From an uncultured cyanobacterium (GTDB lineage Bacteria; Cyanobacteriota; Cyanobacteriia; Cyanobacteriales; Nostocaceae), in assembly GCA_963706595.1 (NCBI GenBank), contig OY970166.1, positions 2,464,001 to 2,528,000 of the forward strand: 64,000 bases of DNA, written 5' to 3'. The translations under genes were made by a program, and so were the position numbers. Positions 1 through 9,483 of the stretch are shown piece by piece (within the stretch, counting starts at the first letter, position 1; every line of letters starts with the position of its first letter). The notes under the pieces are model-generated. The model did no database searches. It was not told the DNA's origin and saw only the letters and a program-made list of their open reading frames with translations.

Positions 1-310
1 AAAAGACTAGCAAACTTAGTGGTGGTCAGCAACAAAGAGTAGCGATCGCTCGTGCTTTAATTCAATCACCAAAAGTACTCTAGCAGACGAACCCACCACC
101 GGGTAGATGTTATCGCTACCCAACAAGTAATGGAAGCTTTAGCCAAATTACACACCGAACAAGGTATGACCATTGTCACAGTCTTACACGACTTAGCAAT
201 AGCCGCCTAATATGCCCAACGCGCGATGTTCTTGATCCGGGTGCATCGTTTACGAGGTCTTGCGATAACTTGCAAGCCCAGTTTGTGGTCAATAGTCAAA
301 GCCCACACTA
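1..310 (+). CDS. phnC: Phosphonate/phosphate ABC transporter ATP-binding protein, 3' part only, with several apparent indels
   Basis: Manual translation gives KLSGGQQQRVAIARALIQSPKVL, then in shifted frames LADEPTTG and GMTIVTVLHDL (ABC signature, Walker B, H-loop). It lies directly upstream of phnE. The end coordinate is approximate. Confidence 0.75.
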
Positions 311-344
311 ATTAAATCAATTTATTTGCACCGACCTACTGATA

Positions 345-1138
345 ATGAGTTATCTACCAATTTCTAAATTTCTCCGCCGTTACTCTTGGGTAAGTCCCTT
401 AGTCATTTTATTAATTGTTATTATAATTTACGGGTGGGCTTTGCAAGGACTTCAGCTTAATTTTGAACTGCTGACATCTAGCGCCCCCTTCATTGCTGAT
501 TTTATTTCCCGCTTATTTCCTCCCGATTTTAGAGTTATTGATATTGCCATCAAAGCACTGATTGAAACTGTACAGATGTCTCTTTGGGGAACAACCATTG
601 GGGCGATTATCTCTGTACCAATAGCAGTTGCTAGCGCTCGTAATGTTGCTCCTACTTGGCTGCAATGGCTGGCTAATTTGCTGCAAAATGCTGTGCGTTC
701 TGTCCCCTCAATTATTTTAGGGCTAATTTTCGTTGCCGCCACAGGTTTAGGCGCACCAGCAGGCACTCTCGCTTTAAGTATATATACTATCGGCTATCTA
801 GCCAAGTTTTATCAACAAGCCATTGAAGCGTTGAGCCTCGCTCTTTAGAATCTCTAGAAGTTATCGGCGCATCTCGACTGCAAATTGCTCAGTATGGAAT
901 TTTACCGCAAGTGCTACCCCTGAGTTTAGGTTATACCTTATGGATGTTTGAGTACAATATTCGTGCTGCTTCTGTGTTGGGTGTAGTAGGTGCAGGAGGT
1001 ATTGGTTTTCAGTTAAAAAGTTATATTGATGGGTTTGAATATAACAAAGCTACAACCATGATGTTAGTACTTTTAGTAGTAGTGACAGTGATAGATGGTT
1101 TCAGCAGCAAGTTGCGTCGCCGCCTGGAGTCAATATAA
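345..1138 (+). CDS. phnE: Phosphonate ABC transporter permease, split by a 1-nt deletion near 830
   Basis: ORFs 345..848 and 911..1138 join if one G is restored (EAVEPRSLESLEVIGAS). Motifs ETVQMSLWGT, RSVPSIILGLIF and FEYNIRAASVLGVVGAGGIG are present. Confidence 0.85.
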
Positions 1139-1175
1139 TTCGTAGTTACAATCAGTCGGGGCTTGTACTCTCTTT

Positions 1176-1292
1176 AATTACGAATTACGTTAGCGTAGCT
1201 CTCCCGTTCGCGTAGCGTTCCGCAGGAAAGGGAGCATTACGAATTACGAATTACGTTAGCGTAGCTCCTCGGAAAGAGGCATTACGAATTAC
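1176..1292. repeat. AATTACG heptamer tandem repeat (STRR-type) interrupted by small hairpin repeat elements
   Basis: AATTACG units at 1176-1189, 1236-1255 and 1281-1292, with TTAGCGTAGCTC...GAGC/GAGGC elements between them. Confidence 0.85.
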
Positions 1293-2246
1293 TTTAAAAT
1301 TTCCTGCGCCCGATTAATATTATTCCGCACAGATTGCGCCGAAATCTGCAAAGCTTCTCTTTCCCCATCGGTGAGATACAATTCCAAAATCTTCTCAACT
1401 CCACCGCAACCCAAACGACAGGGAACACCAATCACAATATCATCTAAACCATATTCACCTTGTAAATAAGTCGCCACAGGTAACAACCGCGACTGATTCA
1501 ACAAAATAGATTCCACCATCACACTCGCAGCAGAAGCAGGGGCAAAAAATGCCCCACCAGTCCGCATCAATTCCACAATTTCCGCGCCCCCATTGCGGGT
1601 TCTCTCTACCAAACGGGCAATTGTGGCTGTATCGAATAATTCTGTAATGGGAATGCCGTTAACCGTCGCATAACGCGACAAGGGAACCATTAAATCACCG
1701 TGGCTACCCAATACCATCGCCTTGACATCAGCCGGTAATACCCCTAATTCTAAAGCAATGAAAGTTTCAAATCTAGCTGAGTCTAACACCCCAGCCATAC
1801 CCATAACTGCGGTGACGTGGTAAACCTGTAGCTTCCCAAGCCAAATATGTCATCACATCTAAGGGATTGGTGACTACTATAAAAATAGCATTGGGAGAAT
1901 AGGCGATCGCACTCTTAGCAGCTTCCACCACAATTTTGGCATTAATTTTCAGCAAATCATCCCGACTCATCCCAGGTTTGCGAGGAATACCGGCAGTAAT
2001 TACCACAATTTCGGAATCAGCCGTATCAGCATAATTAGTTGTCCCGATAATCTGCCGATGATGTAACTCAATACCCCTAGCTTCCATCAAATCTAATGCT
2101 AAACCTTGAGGCATTCCCTCAACAATATCCAGCAACACCACATCTGCAAAATTTTTCTCAGCAATGCGTTGGGCTAAAGTGCTACCAACCTTACCAGCAC
2201 CAACGATGGTGACACGAGGTGAACGGCATAGAATAGGAGAAATCAT
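1289..2246 (-). CDS. mdh: Malate dehydrogenase (LDH-like), split by a 1-nt insertion near 1808
   Basis: GAGKVG nucleotide-binding motif plus TAGIPRKPGMSRDDLL, VTNPLD, GVLDSARF and GSHGD. Removing one base gives PRHRVMGMAG and joins the two ORFs. Confidence 0.9.
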
Positions 2247-2249
2247 AAT

Positions 2250-2305
2250 AATTCGTAATGCCTCTTTCAGAGGAGCTTCGCTAACGTAATTTGTAATTCG
2301 TAATT
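2250..2305. repeat. Inverted copy of the AATTACG repeat plus hairpin element upstream of mdh
   Basis: The reverse complement reads AATTACGAATTACAAATTACG-TTAGCGAAGCTCCTCTGAAAGAGGC-ATTACGAAT, matching 1236-1290. Confidence 0.85.
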
Positions 2306-2415
2306 AAGAAAGTTAGAGTGTATTGGCTTGAGCCAATTCTTGAAGCATCAGACATATTATAGATTAAATAGGACTTTGACTAAATTATAAAAGCTAAAAT
2401 ATATAAAATAGCCCT

Positions 2416-2557
2416 GGCCATTAGAAATCAGGGGACAACAAAAGTCATCCGCCAACAAGGACTAAAGAAAAATTCATGCTTTGCAACCCGCGCAGGCGGC
2501 CTTCCCTACGGGAAGACGCTTCGCGTTATGTCTGTGTAGACGCAATTTCTAATCGCC
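2416..2557. repeat. Degenerate MITE/REP-like element of the same family as 30253-30370
   Basis: Ends GGCCATTAGAAATC and TTTCTAATCGCC, with internal AACCCGCGCAGGCGG and TGTCTGTGTAG segments shared with the 30.3-kb copy. Confidence 0.65.
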
Positions 2558-2609
2558 TGGAAAAATGATTATTTCATCACTACTCAATTATCAAAAGTAG
2601 GTAGTCAAA

Positions 2610-2852
2610 ATGAGTGCAGAACAAGAGTTATTAACCAAGTGGCGTTCCCTTCCACAAAACAAACAAAAGGAAGTCTTAGATTTTGTGGAATTTCTTCGCT
2701 TGAAAACCTCTGTAAATAAAACTACCTTGGGAGAACGGTTACGGCAAATTCGCTCTAAAATTGTTGCTTCTGGGAAACATTTATTAGATGAAGATGAAAT
2801 AGAGAAAGAATTCGCTAGTCGCAGAGGTGGGTTACAGGGTAGAGAAGGATGA
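2610..2852 (+). CDS. DUF2281-like putative antitoxin
   Basis: 80 aa with the LPQNKQKEVLDFVEFL motif. Its stop overlaps (ATGA) the start of a PIN-like fragment. Confidence 0.7.
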   Translation: MSAEQELLTKWRSLPQNKQKEVLDFVEFLRLKTSVNKTTLGERLRQIRSKIVASGKHLLDEDEIEKEFASRRGGLQGREG

Positions 2853-2899
2853 AAATAACTTATATTGATTCAGGAGTATTACTTAGTGCAACTGTTTAG
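2849..2899 (+). pseudogene. Truncated PIN/VapC-like toxin (16 codons)
   Basis: MKITYIDSGVLLSATV-stop has the PIN beta-1 pattern hhhD(S/T)xhh and is translationally coupled to the antitoxin. Confidence 0.55.
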
Positions 2900-2941
2900 A
2901 GTATCTAGTATTATTCAAGTAATCTCTATTTTTGATTAACT

Positions 2942-3130
2942 TAGAACTTACGCACTTTACAAATTAATCAGGGTATGATTTCAATAAAATACGTCGTTTC
3001 AGACTTTTATCCCCGATTATTTTGATTGTAAATAGACCAGCATTGTAGGGGTTTAGCAATGCTAAACCCCTACGAAAGATATGGTTTTGATAATACATAT
3101 TTAATGTTAATTGTCAATGCTTAACTTCTA
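2942..3130. mobile_element. Degenerate MITE with imperfect terminal inverted repeats and an internal GTAG-type palindrome
   Basis: Left end TAGAACTTACGCACT; reverse complement of the right end TAGAAGTTAAGCATT. Perfect internal palindrome GTAGGGGTTTAGCA-A-TGCTAAACCCCTAC at about 3045-3073. Confidence 0.6.
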
Positions 3131-3199
3131 TAATTTTTTCTGGTCGATATTCTAGAGTAATGTATCACTGAACTGTAATCGGTATAAAATAAAATATTG

Positions 3200-3226
3200 A
3201 AACCTGCCGAAGCAGGTTTTGTTTTT
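3200..3226. terminator. Intrinsic terminator-like hairpin downstream of ndhO
   Basis: AAACCTGC-CGAA-GCAGGTTT followed by a T-rich run. Confidence 0.6.
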
Positions 3227-3251
3227 GTAAGCTCAGATTTTACTTTGAGAA

Positions 3252-3467
3252 TTAGTTAAATTCTTCAAGTTGATCCAAACGTAACCAAATATTTGGTGTT
3301 GGCACTTTCCCGAATTTGATCAGAGCGTAATCACCTTTAACATCGACAATTTCGCCCTTGCTGTCAAACAAATACGAAGGAAAGCGGGTATCACTGGCTT
3401 TTGCTTCCAGACTGTTTTCCAACTTCTCGCGGATAGCGCGAACCATGTCTCCCTTTTTAACTGCCAT
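3252..3467 (-). CDS. ndhO: NAD(P)H-quinone oxidoreductase (NDH-1) subunit O
   Basis: [34 protein letters not shown]...[14 protein letters not shown], 71 aa, typical NdhO. Confidence 0.92.
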   Translation of the reverse strand: MAVKKGDMVRAIREKLENSLEAKASDTRFPSYLFDSKGEIVDVKGDYALIKFGKVPTPNIWLRLDQLEEFN

Positions 3468-3623
3468 AAATTGCCTCTTGAATTTGTGGATCGTTTTAAG
3501 AGGATTTTAGCTTGTGGACAGATGTATTTTCACTTAAGAATATCTTGACTACAAAGGAAGAAGGCAATATTCTTCCTCAACCCCAGTCCCAAGTAGGGGC
3601 GGGTTTACAGATATCATTCAAAA

Positions 3624-4502
3624 TCAACGAGGATATTCCACTCCCCACTCCCCACAATTTTGACACTGGGGGCAGAAATGACTCGAACGCCCAGCTAATT
3701 TAATTCGCTGTATAGGTGTACTACAAACTCGGCAAGGTTCCCCAGTGCGGTTATATACCCAAGCCACACCGCCATAATTACCGTTAACTCCTTGAACGTT
3801 GAGGAAATTACTAAAGGTTGTCCCGCCAGCCGCAATGCTGGTTTCTAAGACTTGAATGATGGCTGTATGTAAACGCTCTATTTGCTTTAACTGCAAATCT
3901 AAACAGAAGGTTATTGGTAAAATACCACTTTTAAATAAAGCCTCATCAGCATAAATATTACCTAAACCCGCTACCACTGACTGATCTAATAGTGCCGTTT
4001 TGATGGGACGACGGCGATTTTTCAATTTAGCAGCCAGATATTCAACGGTGAATTCGGGTGAAAATGGGTCTACTGCCAGTTTTGCTAAACCAGTCATGAT
4101 ACTTTCTACTGGTACGCCTGGGGGAACATACCACATTTGTCCGAAGGTGCGCTGGTCAACAAAGCGTAATTCTTGCTGGTCTTTAAAATATAATCTCACC
4201 CTGGTGTGCTTGTGTACTGGTTCATCTTGATTTACCCACAGTAATTGACCAGTCATTCGCAGATGAACGCCTAGCCATACGGGAGATGAATGAGATGCAA
4301 GGGTAAGTTGAGCTAAAAGATATTTACCACGACGATGCCAAGAAGCGATCGCACTGCCGGTAATTTCAGGAATAAACTCATCTACAGAAAATGGGTAGGC
4401 GATGGTGCGCTTGTGCAACACATCCCCACCCGTAATTTCTCGATGCCGGGTCAATTGATTTAGACCCCTGCGGACTGTTTCGACTTCAGGCAATTCAGGC
4501 AT
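3624..4502 (-). CDS. mutM: Formamidopyrimidine-DNA glycosylase
   Basis: N-terminal MPELPEVET, HLRMTG, GLGNIYADEALF and a C-terminal CxxC...CxxC zinc finger. Confidence 0.97.
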   Translation of the reverse strand: MPELPEVETVRRGLNQLTRHREITGGDVLHKRTIAYPFSVDEFIPEITGSAIASWHRRGKYLLAQLTLASHSSPVWLGVHLRMTGQLLWVNQDEPVHKHTRVRLYFKDQQELRFVDQRTFGQMWYVPPGVPVESIMTGLAKLAVDPFSPEFTVEYLAAKLKNRRRPIKTALLDQSVVAGLGNIYADEALFKSGILPITFCLDLQLKQIERLHTAIIQVLETSIAAGGTTFSNFLNVQGVNGNYGGVAWVYNRTGEPCRVCSTPIQRIKLAGRSSHFCPQCQNCGEWGVEYPR

Positions 4503-4582
4503 TTAAGCTGATAAAATAGGCAAATTTTAGTAATGGATAATGGTGGGTTACTGACTATCGTCCTAACCCACCCTACAACTGC

Positions 4583-4795
4583 TTATTTCTTGGCTTTAGC
4601 CTTTGGTGCTTCTACCTCAACTAATTCGTCTATGGCAAAGTTATTGGTGTTGATACCAGAGTAATTGACCTTATCAAAGCGGACAATTGCTGCGTATTTG
4701 ATGCCGCTTTGGTCGACAGTAGCCACAGTGCCTACTTCTTGAAACCAGTAGGATTCGGGGCGGAGAATACGTACTTTAGAACCACGTTGAACCAT
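4583..4795 (-). CDS. psaE: Photosystem I subunit IV
   Basis: [31 protein letters not shown]...VRFDKVNY. Confidence 0.97.
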   Translation of the reverse strand: MVQRGSKVRILRPESYWFQEVGTVATVDQSGIKYAAIVRFDKVNYSGINTNNFAIDELVEVEAPKAKAKK

Positions 4796-5021
4796 GATTA
4801 TCTTCCCTTTTAATTATTGATTGCCAATAGGGGCTATTTGATTTCACTGTACATCGTCAAGGTCTCGCCTAGAGGCTTTGTTAAGTTATTTATCTGTTGA
4901 ACTCTTCCTTTGAGCAGTTACTCATCTCCCAGCCCAAACCTAAGATAGGTGTCAGACCCTCCTTGACAAAAACCCTATGATCGCTTAAGTTCATTCAAAA
5001 ATACACAAAGTAAGCAAAACT

Positions 5022-5606
5022 TTATGTTTTACTCAAGACAAACACACTACCCTCGTTACCCCTGCCGATTCGCAAATCGCTATCTATATAAGTAATGTCC
5101 AGCCAGCCTTGCTGTTTATCACTGTTTATCGCAGCGTCAATCGCCGGAAACTTTTTACCAGCTTCAATTTGCTGGATAAAACTGGCGGGAGAACTGTAAT
5201 CCATCAAACGTTTTAAACCCAGAATTGAGCGCTGAAATTTTACTTGGACACGTCGTTCGGAAACAGGTTCAAATTTGGCAGCGACGCTAACTAAACCTTC
5301 GAGATAAGGTAGACCATAAATCTCGGCTATGTTATAAACGCTGGTAGTGTTGACCCGGATACACTGATAAATTTGACCAAGTTTACACAAAGGAATACGA
5401 TCCAGGTTTAAAAGAGCCTTGCTGGTTGTATATATTAAGCGCCAATCACCATCGAGCAAATTGCTTGCTTCTATGGGACGAGGCGTAGGATTAAAGTCTT
5501 CCAAGTTAGCGATCGCCGCTAAGATAGCCTGCTTTTGTGGTTCACTAGCTAGTAAGCCGCGATTTGTCCCCGCGATCGCATCAATCAGATTTGCTTTGCC
5601 AATCAT
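5022..5606 (-). CDS. PAP/fibrillin family protein
   Basis: TNRGL, LLDGDWRLIYTTS and GWLDITYIDSDLRIGRGNEGSVFVL motifs. Confidence 0.88.
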   Translation of the reverse strand: MIGKANLIDAIAGTNRGLLASEPQKQAILAAIANLEDFNPTPRPIEASNLLDGDWRLIYTTSKALLNLDRIPLCKLGQIYQCIRVNTTSVYNIAEIYGLPYLEGLVSVAAKFEPVSERRVQVKFQRSILGLKRLMDYSSPASFIQQIEAGKKFPAIDAAINSDKQQGWLDITYIDSDLRIGRGNEGSVFVLSKT

Positions 5607-5847
5607 CCTCTACTACCTCAAAAATTATCAGGATTCATCCACCTTAAGTCGATATTAATGTCGTATGTATAGCGCCTTACAAAACACTAGAAATCTATTC
5701 CAGATTGTCCTACCACTATTAAATAAAATATTTCTGTCAGCTTACGGATTTATTCACCCCAGAGTCGAATGAATAATTAAATTATCCCTTGACAGTGATA
5801 GACTTCTTAATGTCTAGTTACATGAACCTTTTTGTGTTTTCGTAGAT

Positions 5848-6087
5848 ATGTTGAATTCTCCCTTAAGTGAAGAACCCCGTAACCAACGCGCACCAGTAAT
5901 TCCACTCAAGCAAGAGTCTTCTATGTTGGACTGGTTGCAATTTCAAGGCCGTCTGGTAGCGCGTAACGTCCAAGAAACTGAGTTTTCACAGCAAGAAGCA
6001 GAAATATCAGAGTTCTTGAGTACAGAAGACGGCATAGACGATTTTGATCTGGATGATGACAGTGATGTGAGTGTAGACGAAGATTAG
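5848..6087 (+). CDS. Conserved cyanobacterial small acidic protein (DUF3134-like)
   Basis: NSPLSEEPRNQRAPVIPLKQESSMLDWLQ..GRL followed by an acidic tail; upstream of mraY. Confidence 0.7.
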   Translation: MLNSPLSEEPRNQRAPVIPLKQESSMLDWLQFQGRLVARNVQETEFSQQEAEISEFLSTEDGIDDFDLDDDSDVSVDED

Positions 6088-6121
6088 CCGATGGCGGCTG
6101 GGGACTATACCGTTACGCGGC

Positions 6122-6175
6122 AGTCAAAAGTTTACCCTGAGCGAAGTCGAGGGGTCAAAAGTCAAAAGTCAAAAG
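6122..6175. repeat. GTCAAAA heptamer repeats with an inserted small hairpin element
   Basis: GTCAAAA x1, then CCCTGAGCGAAGTCGAGGG (6135-6153), then GTCAAAA x3. Confidence 0.8.
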
Positions 6176-6279
6176 GCTTTTGCCTGATGAAATAGATGCT
6201 GATTTGTGCCGTGTTGAACTAGTTAATATGTATTGTTCTCATTGTTGAGTTTTATAAGTGTGGAGTGAAGGGAATTTTT

Positions 6280-7377
6280 GTGGACGCTAAATTGTCTCCT
6301 AACCAAGGATCAACTGTTTCGGGTATCGGACTAGCTTCTAGTTTAGTTGTAGCCCTGAGTGTAGCAGCATTAATATTTGATTGGCTGGGCAACAGAACGC
6401 CCTGGCAAGGGATGTCACTAACTTTACCCTTGTTGGTGTCTGCCGTGAGTTCAGCCGCTATCGGCTTTGTGGTCATACCACTGCTACAAGCGCTGAAAAC
6501 TGGGCAAATCATCCGTGAAGATGGACCCCAAGCCCATTTAAAAAAAGCTGGTACGCCAACGATGGGGGGTATATTTTTTGTCCCCGTGGCTGTGGCGATC
6601 GCCTGCGTATTTTCTAATTTTGCCCCAGAAGTGCTTGGTGTGTGTGCTTTAACCCTGAGCTATGGATTTGTGGGCTGGCTTGATGATTGGCAAATTTTAC
6701 GCCGCAAATCAAATAAAGGCATATCCCCGAAGATGAAACTAGCTTTGCAAATTGTATTTGCAGCCGTGTTTTGTCTGTGGCTGATGTTTACTCAAGATGC
6801 TCAGATTACAAATATAGCTTTACCTTGGGTGAGCTTTACATTGCCTTTAGGATTCTTATTCTGGCCTTTGGCTGGTTTTGCCTTAGTTGCAGAAAGTAAC
6901 GCCACTAATTTAACTGACGGTATTGATGGTTTAGCAGCTGGAACCGTGGCGATCGCCTTACTCGCATTAGGTGCGATAATTGCCCCGGCTTACCCTGGAT
7001 TGATGGTTTTTTGTGCCGCATTAAGTGGCGGTTGCTTAGGTTTCTTAGCCCATAACCGCAACCCAGCCCGTGTATTCATGGGTGATACAGGTTCCTTGGC
7101 GCTGGGTGGGGCTTTAGCTGCTGTGGCATTACTGACTAATAGTTTGGTAGCGCTGTTTATTCTCAGTGGGATTTTCTTTGTAGAAACCGTTTCTGTAATC
7201 GCCCAGGTAGGTTATTACAAAGCGACAAAGGGACCAGATGGAAAAGGCAAGCGGTTGTTTAAAATGGCTCCCCTACACCATCATTTAGAGTTAACCGGTT
7301 GGTCAGAATTACAAGTAGTAGCGGTATTTTATATCATCGCTGGGATTTTAGCGGTCATTTGTTTAGCGATCGCGTAG
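6280..7377 (+). CDS. mraY: Phospho-N-acetylmuramoyl-pentapeptide transferase
   Basis: KAGTPTMGG, NATNLTDGIDGL, VFMGDTGSLALGG and MAPLHHHLEL motifs. Start placed at GTG 6280 after AAGGGAA; the ORF track gives 6265. Confidence 0.96.
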   Translation: MDAKLSPNQGSTVSGIGLASSLVVALSVAALIFDWLGNRTPWQGMSLTLPLLVSAVSSAAIGFVVIPLLQALKTGQIIREDGPQAHLKKAGTPTMGGIFFVPVAVAIACVFSNFAPEVLGVCALTLSYGFVGWLDDWQILRRKSNKGISPKMKLALQIVFAAVFCLWLMFTQDAQITNIALPWVSFTLPLGFLFWPLAGFALVAESNATNLTDGIDGLAAGTVAIALLALGAIIAPAYPGLMVFCAALSGGCLGFLAHNRNPARVFMGDTGSLALGGALAAVALLTNSLVALFILSGIFFVETVSVIAQVGYYKATKGPDGKGKRLFKMAPLHHHLELTGWSELQVVAVFYIIAGILAVICLAIA

Positions 7378-7442
7378 CGTAACTTAGAAATCGCTCCTTT
7401 TTAAAACTTTTGAACTTTTGAAAAACTAATTTAAGAAACGAC

Positions 7443-7469
7443 AACCTCCGGATTTGCGGGGGTTTTTTG
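7443..7469 (+). terminator. Intrinsic terminator after mraY
   Basis: AACCTCCG-GATTTG-CGGGGGTT followed by a T run. Confidence 0.65.
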
Positions 7470-7476
7470 ATGAAAT

Positions 7477-7603
7477 TCACCCCACCCCCAGCCCCTCCCC
7501 GCAAGCGAGGAGGGGAGCAGGAGCGAACCCAAAGACATCTGCACAAAACCCTCTCCTTACCAAGGAGAGGGACAGGTTTTGCTATGCAAAACCAGGGTGA
7601 GGT
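7477..7603. repeat. REP-like GC-rich palindromic repeats between convergent mraY and moaB
   Basis: TTCACCCCACCCCCAGCCCCTCCCCGCAAGCGAGGAGGGGAGC is repeated at about 47795-47838 and 25016-25056. CCCTCTCCTTACCAAGGAGAGGG resembles 25953-25980. Confidence 0.85.
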
Positions 7604-7610
7604 TTTTCCC

Positions 7611-8114
7611 CTAAATTTGCAACTGACTAACCAAATGAGCCATTTCTGGCAAAATCAGCTTTTCCATCCCCAATCGCACTGCATTACTAGAACCGGGAAG
7701 GGAAAATATTAATTTATGTTGATAAACGCCAGCCACAGCACGAGAAGCGATCGCGCGGGAACCAATTTCTTGATAACTTAAAAATCGAAACAACTCCCCA
7801 AATCCGGGTAAAGTTTTTTCTAATAATTTTTCAATCGCATCATAGGTAGTATCTCTGGGAGCGATGCCAGTACCACCATTGAAGATGATTACATCTAAAC
7901 TAGTATTTTTACCCAATTCTGCTATCTGTGCTTGAATTTGGGCTGGCTCATCCTTGAGGATTTTGTACGCTTCCACAACATGGTGAGCCGCAACAAGCAA
8001 TTGCTGGATTAGCTGACCACTTTTATCAGTTTCTGGGTTACGAGTATCACTGACTGTAATCACAGCACAGGTGACAATCTTTCCTGGCGAGTCGGGGTGT
8101 GGTTGCGTTGACAC
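7611..8114 (-). CDS. moaB: Molybdenum cofactor biosynthesis protein, MoaB/MogA family
   Basis: ITVSDTR, GGTGIAPRDTT, LPGFGELFR and LPGS motifs. Confidence 0.9.
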   Translation of the reverse strand: MSTQPHPDSPGKIVTCAVITVSDTRNPETDKSGQLIQQLLVAAHHVVEAYKILKDEPAQIQAQIAELGKNTSLDVIIFNGGTGIAPRDTTYDAIEKLLEKTLPGFGELFRFLSYQEIGSRAIASRAVAGVYQHKLIFSLPGSSNAVRLGMEKLILPEMAHLVSQLQI

Positions 8115-8217
8115 GAGGAGTAAGGGACTAGGGGGAAAGACAAAGAATGTAGAGACGTTCCATGGAACATCTCTACAACGGTGGTTTCAGACACATATTT
8201 GAATTTAATCTGTGTTC

Positions 8218-8556
8218 TTATTCAGCTTTATTGAATCCCAAACCGTTTTGTTCGGCGTAACGTTCCATAAAGCGCATAAAACGCTCCCATTCTTCGGGGG
8301 ATTTCATCACATGAACTGCTTCTATGCCTTCTGGTTTACCGTTGACAAATTTACCCTTAACTTCGCGGGTAATGATTTCGCCTTCCTCGTCGATCAGGTA
8401 CATCCCGGTGATTTCTTCGGTGCTACCTTCTGCCAATATTTGGGGATTTGTAAAGATAAACGTTGCTGTGCCACTGTCTCCAGTGCGCGATCGCGTCAAG
8501 CGTACTTCTGGAATTACTTCTTCATCAATACCTTTAGAAAATTGAATTTTGACCAT
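8218..8556 (-). CDS. psb28: Photosystem II assembly factor Psb28
   Basis: [24 protein letters not shown]...[19 protein letters not shown]. The likely start is the ATG at 8556, not 8694. Confidence 0.95.
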   Translation of the reverse strand: MVKIQFSKGIDEEVIPEVRLTRSRTGDSGTATFIFTNPQILAEGSTEEITGMYLIDEEGEIITREVKGKFVNGKPEGIEAVHVMKSPEEWERFMRFMERYAEQNGLGFNKAE

Positions 8557-8698
8557 GATCTGTGTATTTAATATTTTGTAGTTGTAATCGTTAACTTGTA
8601 ATTCTCTCATTTTTTGGGAACTGCTGAAAACCGTTATATTTTTAGCTGAGATTCTTTGACAGCTTTCCATAGCATAAATGAGTCCATAAAGCAAATAT

Positions 8699-8731
8699 AG
8701 ATCCCCGACTTCTTGAAGAAGTCGGGGATCT
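8699..8731. repeat. Perfect palindromic repeat next to a HIP1 site
   Basis: AGATCCCCGACTTCTT-G-AAGAAGTCGGGGATCT, with GCGATCGC at 8735. Confidence 0.8.
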
Positions 8732-8966
8732 GAGGCGATCGCTGAAATTTCTGTTTGGCTGGAAGGAAGAGTAATATCATGTATCTCTGCAACAAAAACA
8801 GTAAATTTTGGTTTGAAGCAGATACTACTAATTAGTCTTTTGGAGTCAAGCTTTAAAATTTGGGTAAAAAATTTGCAGCCCAGATGATAGTTACTCTGGT
8901 GTTGTGGGTATTCTGTTTACTAGAGGCTTAAATTACCTAAGCATTTTCCACAGGACATAACAAAAC

Positions 8967-9353
8967 ATGGCTAGTTCAGGGGAAGATTATTTCATTATCC
9001 GTCAGAAGAAAGACGCTCGGCGAAAGAGACTTTTAGCGATCGTCTCAATTATTGGCTTTGGCGGTTCTATGCTGTTTGGGGCATTTAATACGATACAACG
9101 AGCTATGCAAGCTCCTCAACCTCAGCCAGCACCTATCTCTGTTGAGTCTTCATTGCAACAACAGGCGCAGGGTTATGAGTTAGTTTTACAACGAGAACCT
9201 GAAAATCAAGTTGCACTGGAGAAACTGTCTTTGTTGCGGATACAGTTGCAGGATTTTAAAGGTGCAATGGAACCGTTGGAGAAGTTGATCAGCTTGTACC
9301 CTGATCGGCAAGATTATCAGGTGATGTTAGAGAATGTTAAGAAATCGGAGTGA
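8967..9353 (+). CDS. Membrane-anchored TPR protein
   Basis: Basic stretch and one transmembrane helix, then a TPR-like segment GYELVLQREPENQVALEKL...AMEPLEKLISLYPDR. Confidence 0.75.
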   Translation: MASSGEDYFIIRQKKDARRKRLLAIVSIIGFGGSMLFGAFNTIQRAMQAPQPQPAPISVESSLQQQAQGYELVLQREPENQVALEKLSLLRIQLQDFKGAMEPLEKLISLYPDRQDYQVMLENVKKSE

Positions 9354-9483
9354 GTGTGCGATCGCCCTTAAAATTGCTGACTCTTTTCAATAAAAATTTT
9401 TGTATCTCTAAATTTGCCAATTAATAGTCAAATTTGCTGTTTATCAAGCAAATAGACAAATATCACCACATAAAAAGGAATAA

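Noticed and set aside
1176..1292. Mini-CRISPR
   Set aside because: The units are 7-nt tandem repeats and the intervening segments are related hairpins, not unique spacers.
1..1810. phnC, phnE and mdh as true pseudogenes or programmed frameshifts
   Set aside because: Single-base indels cluster near the window start, lack slippery motifs and leave the proteins otherwise well conserved. Low-quality sequence is the more likely cause; raw reads would decide.
7355..7712. ORFs of 63 and 81 aa between mraY and moaB
   Set aside because: They are read through REP-like palindromes and antisense to moaB.
8557..8694. 46-aa N-terminal extension of Psb28
   Set aside because: The recognisable protein starts at MVKIQF; the extension is AT-rich upstream DNA.
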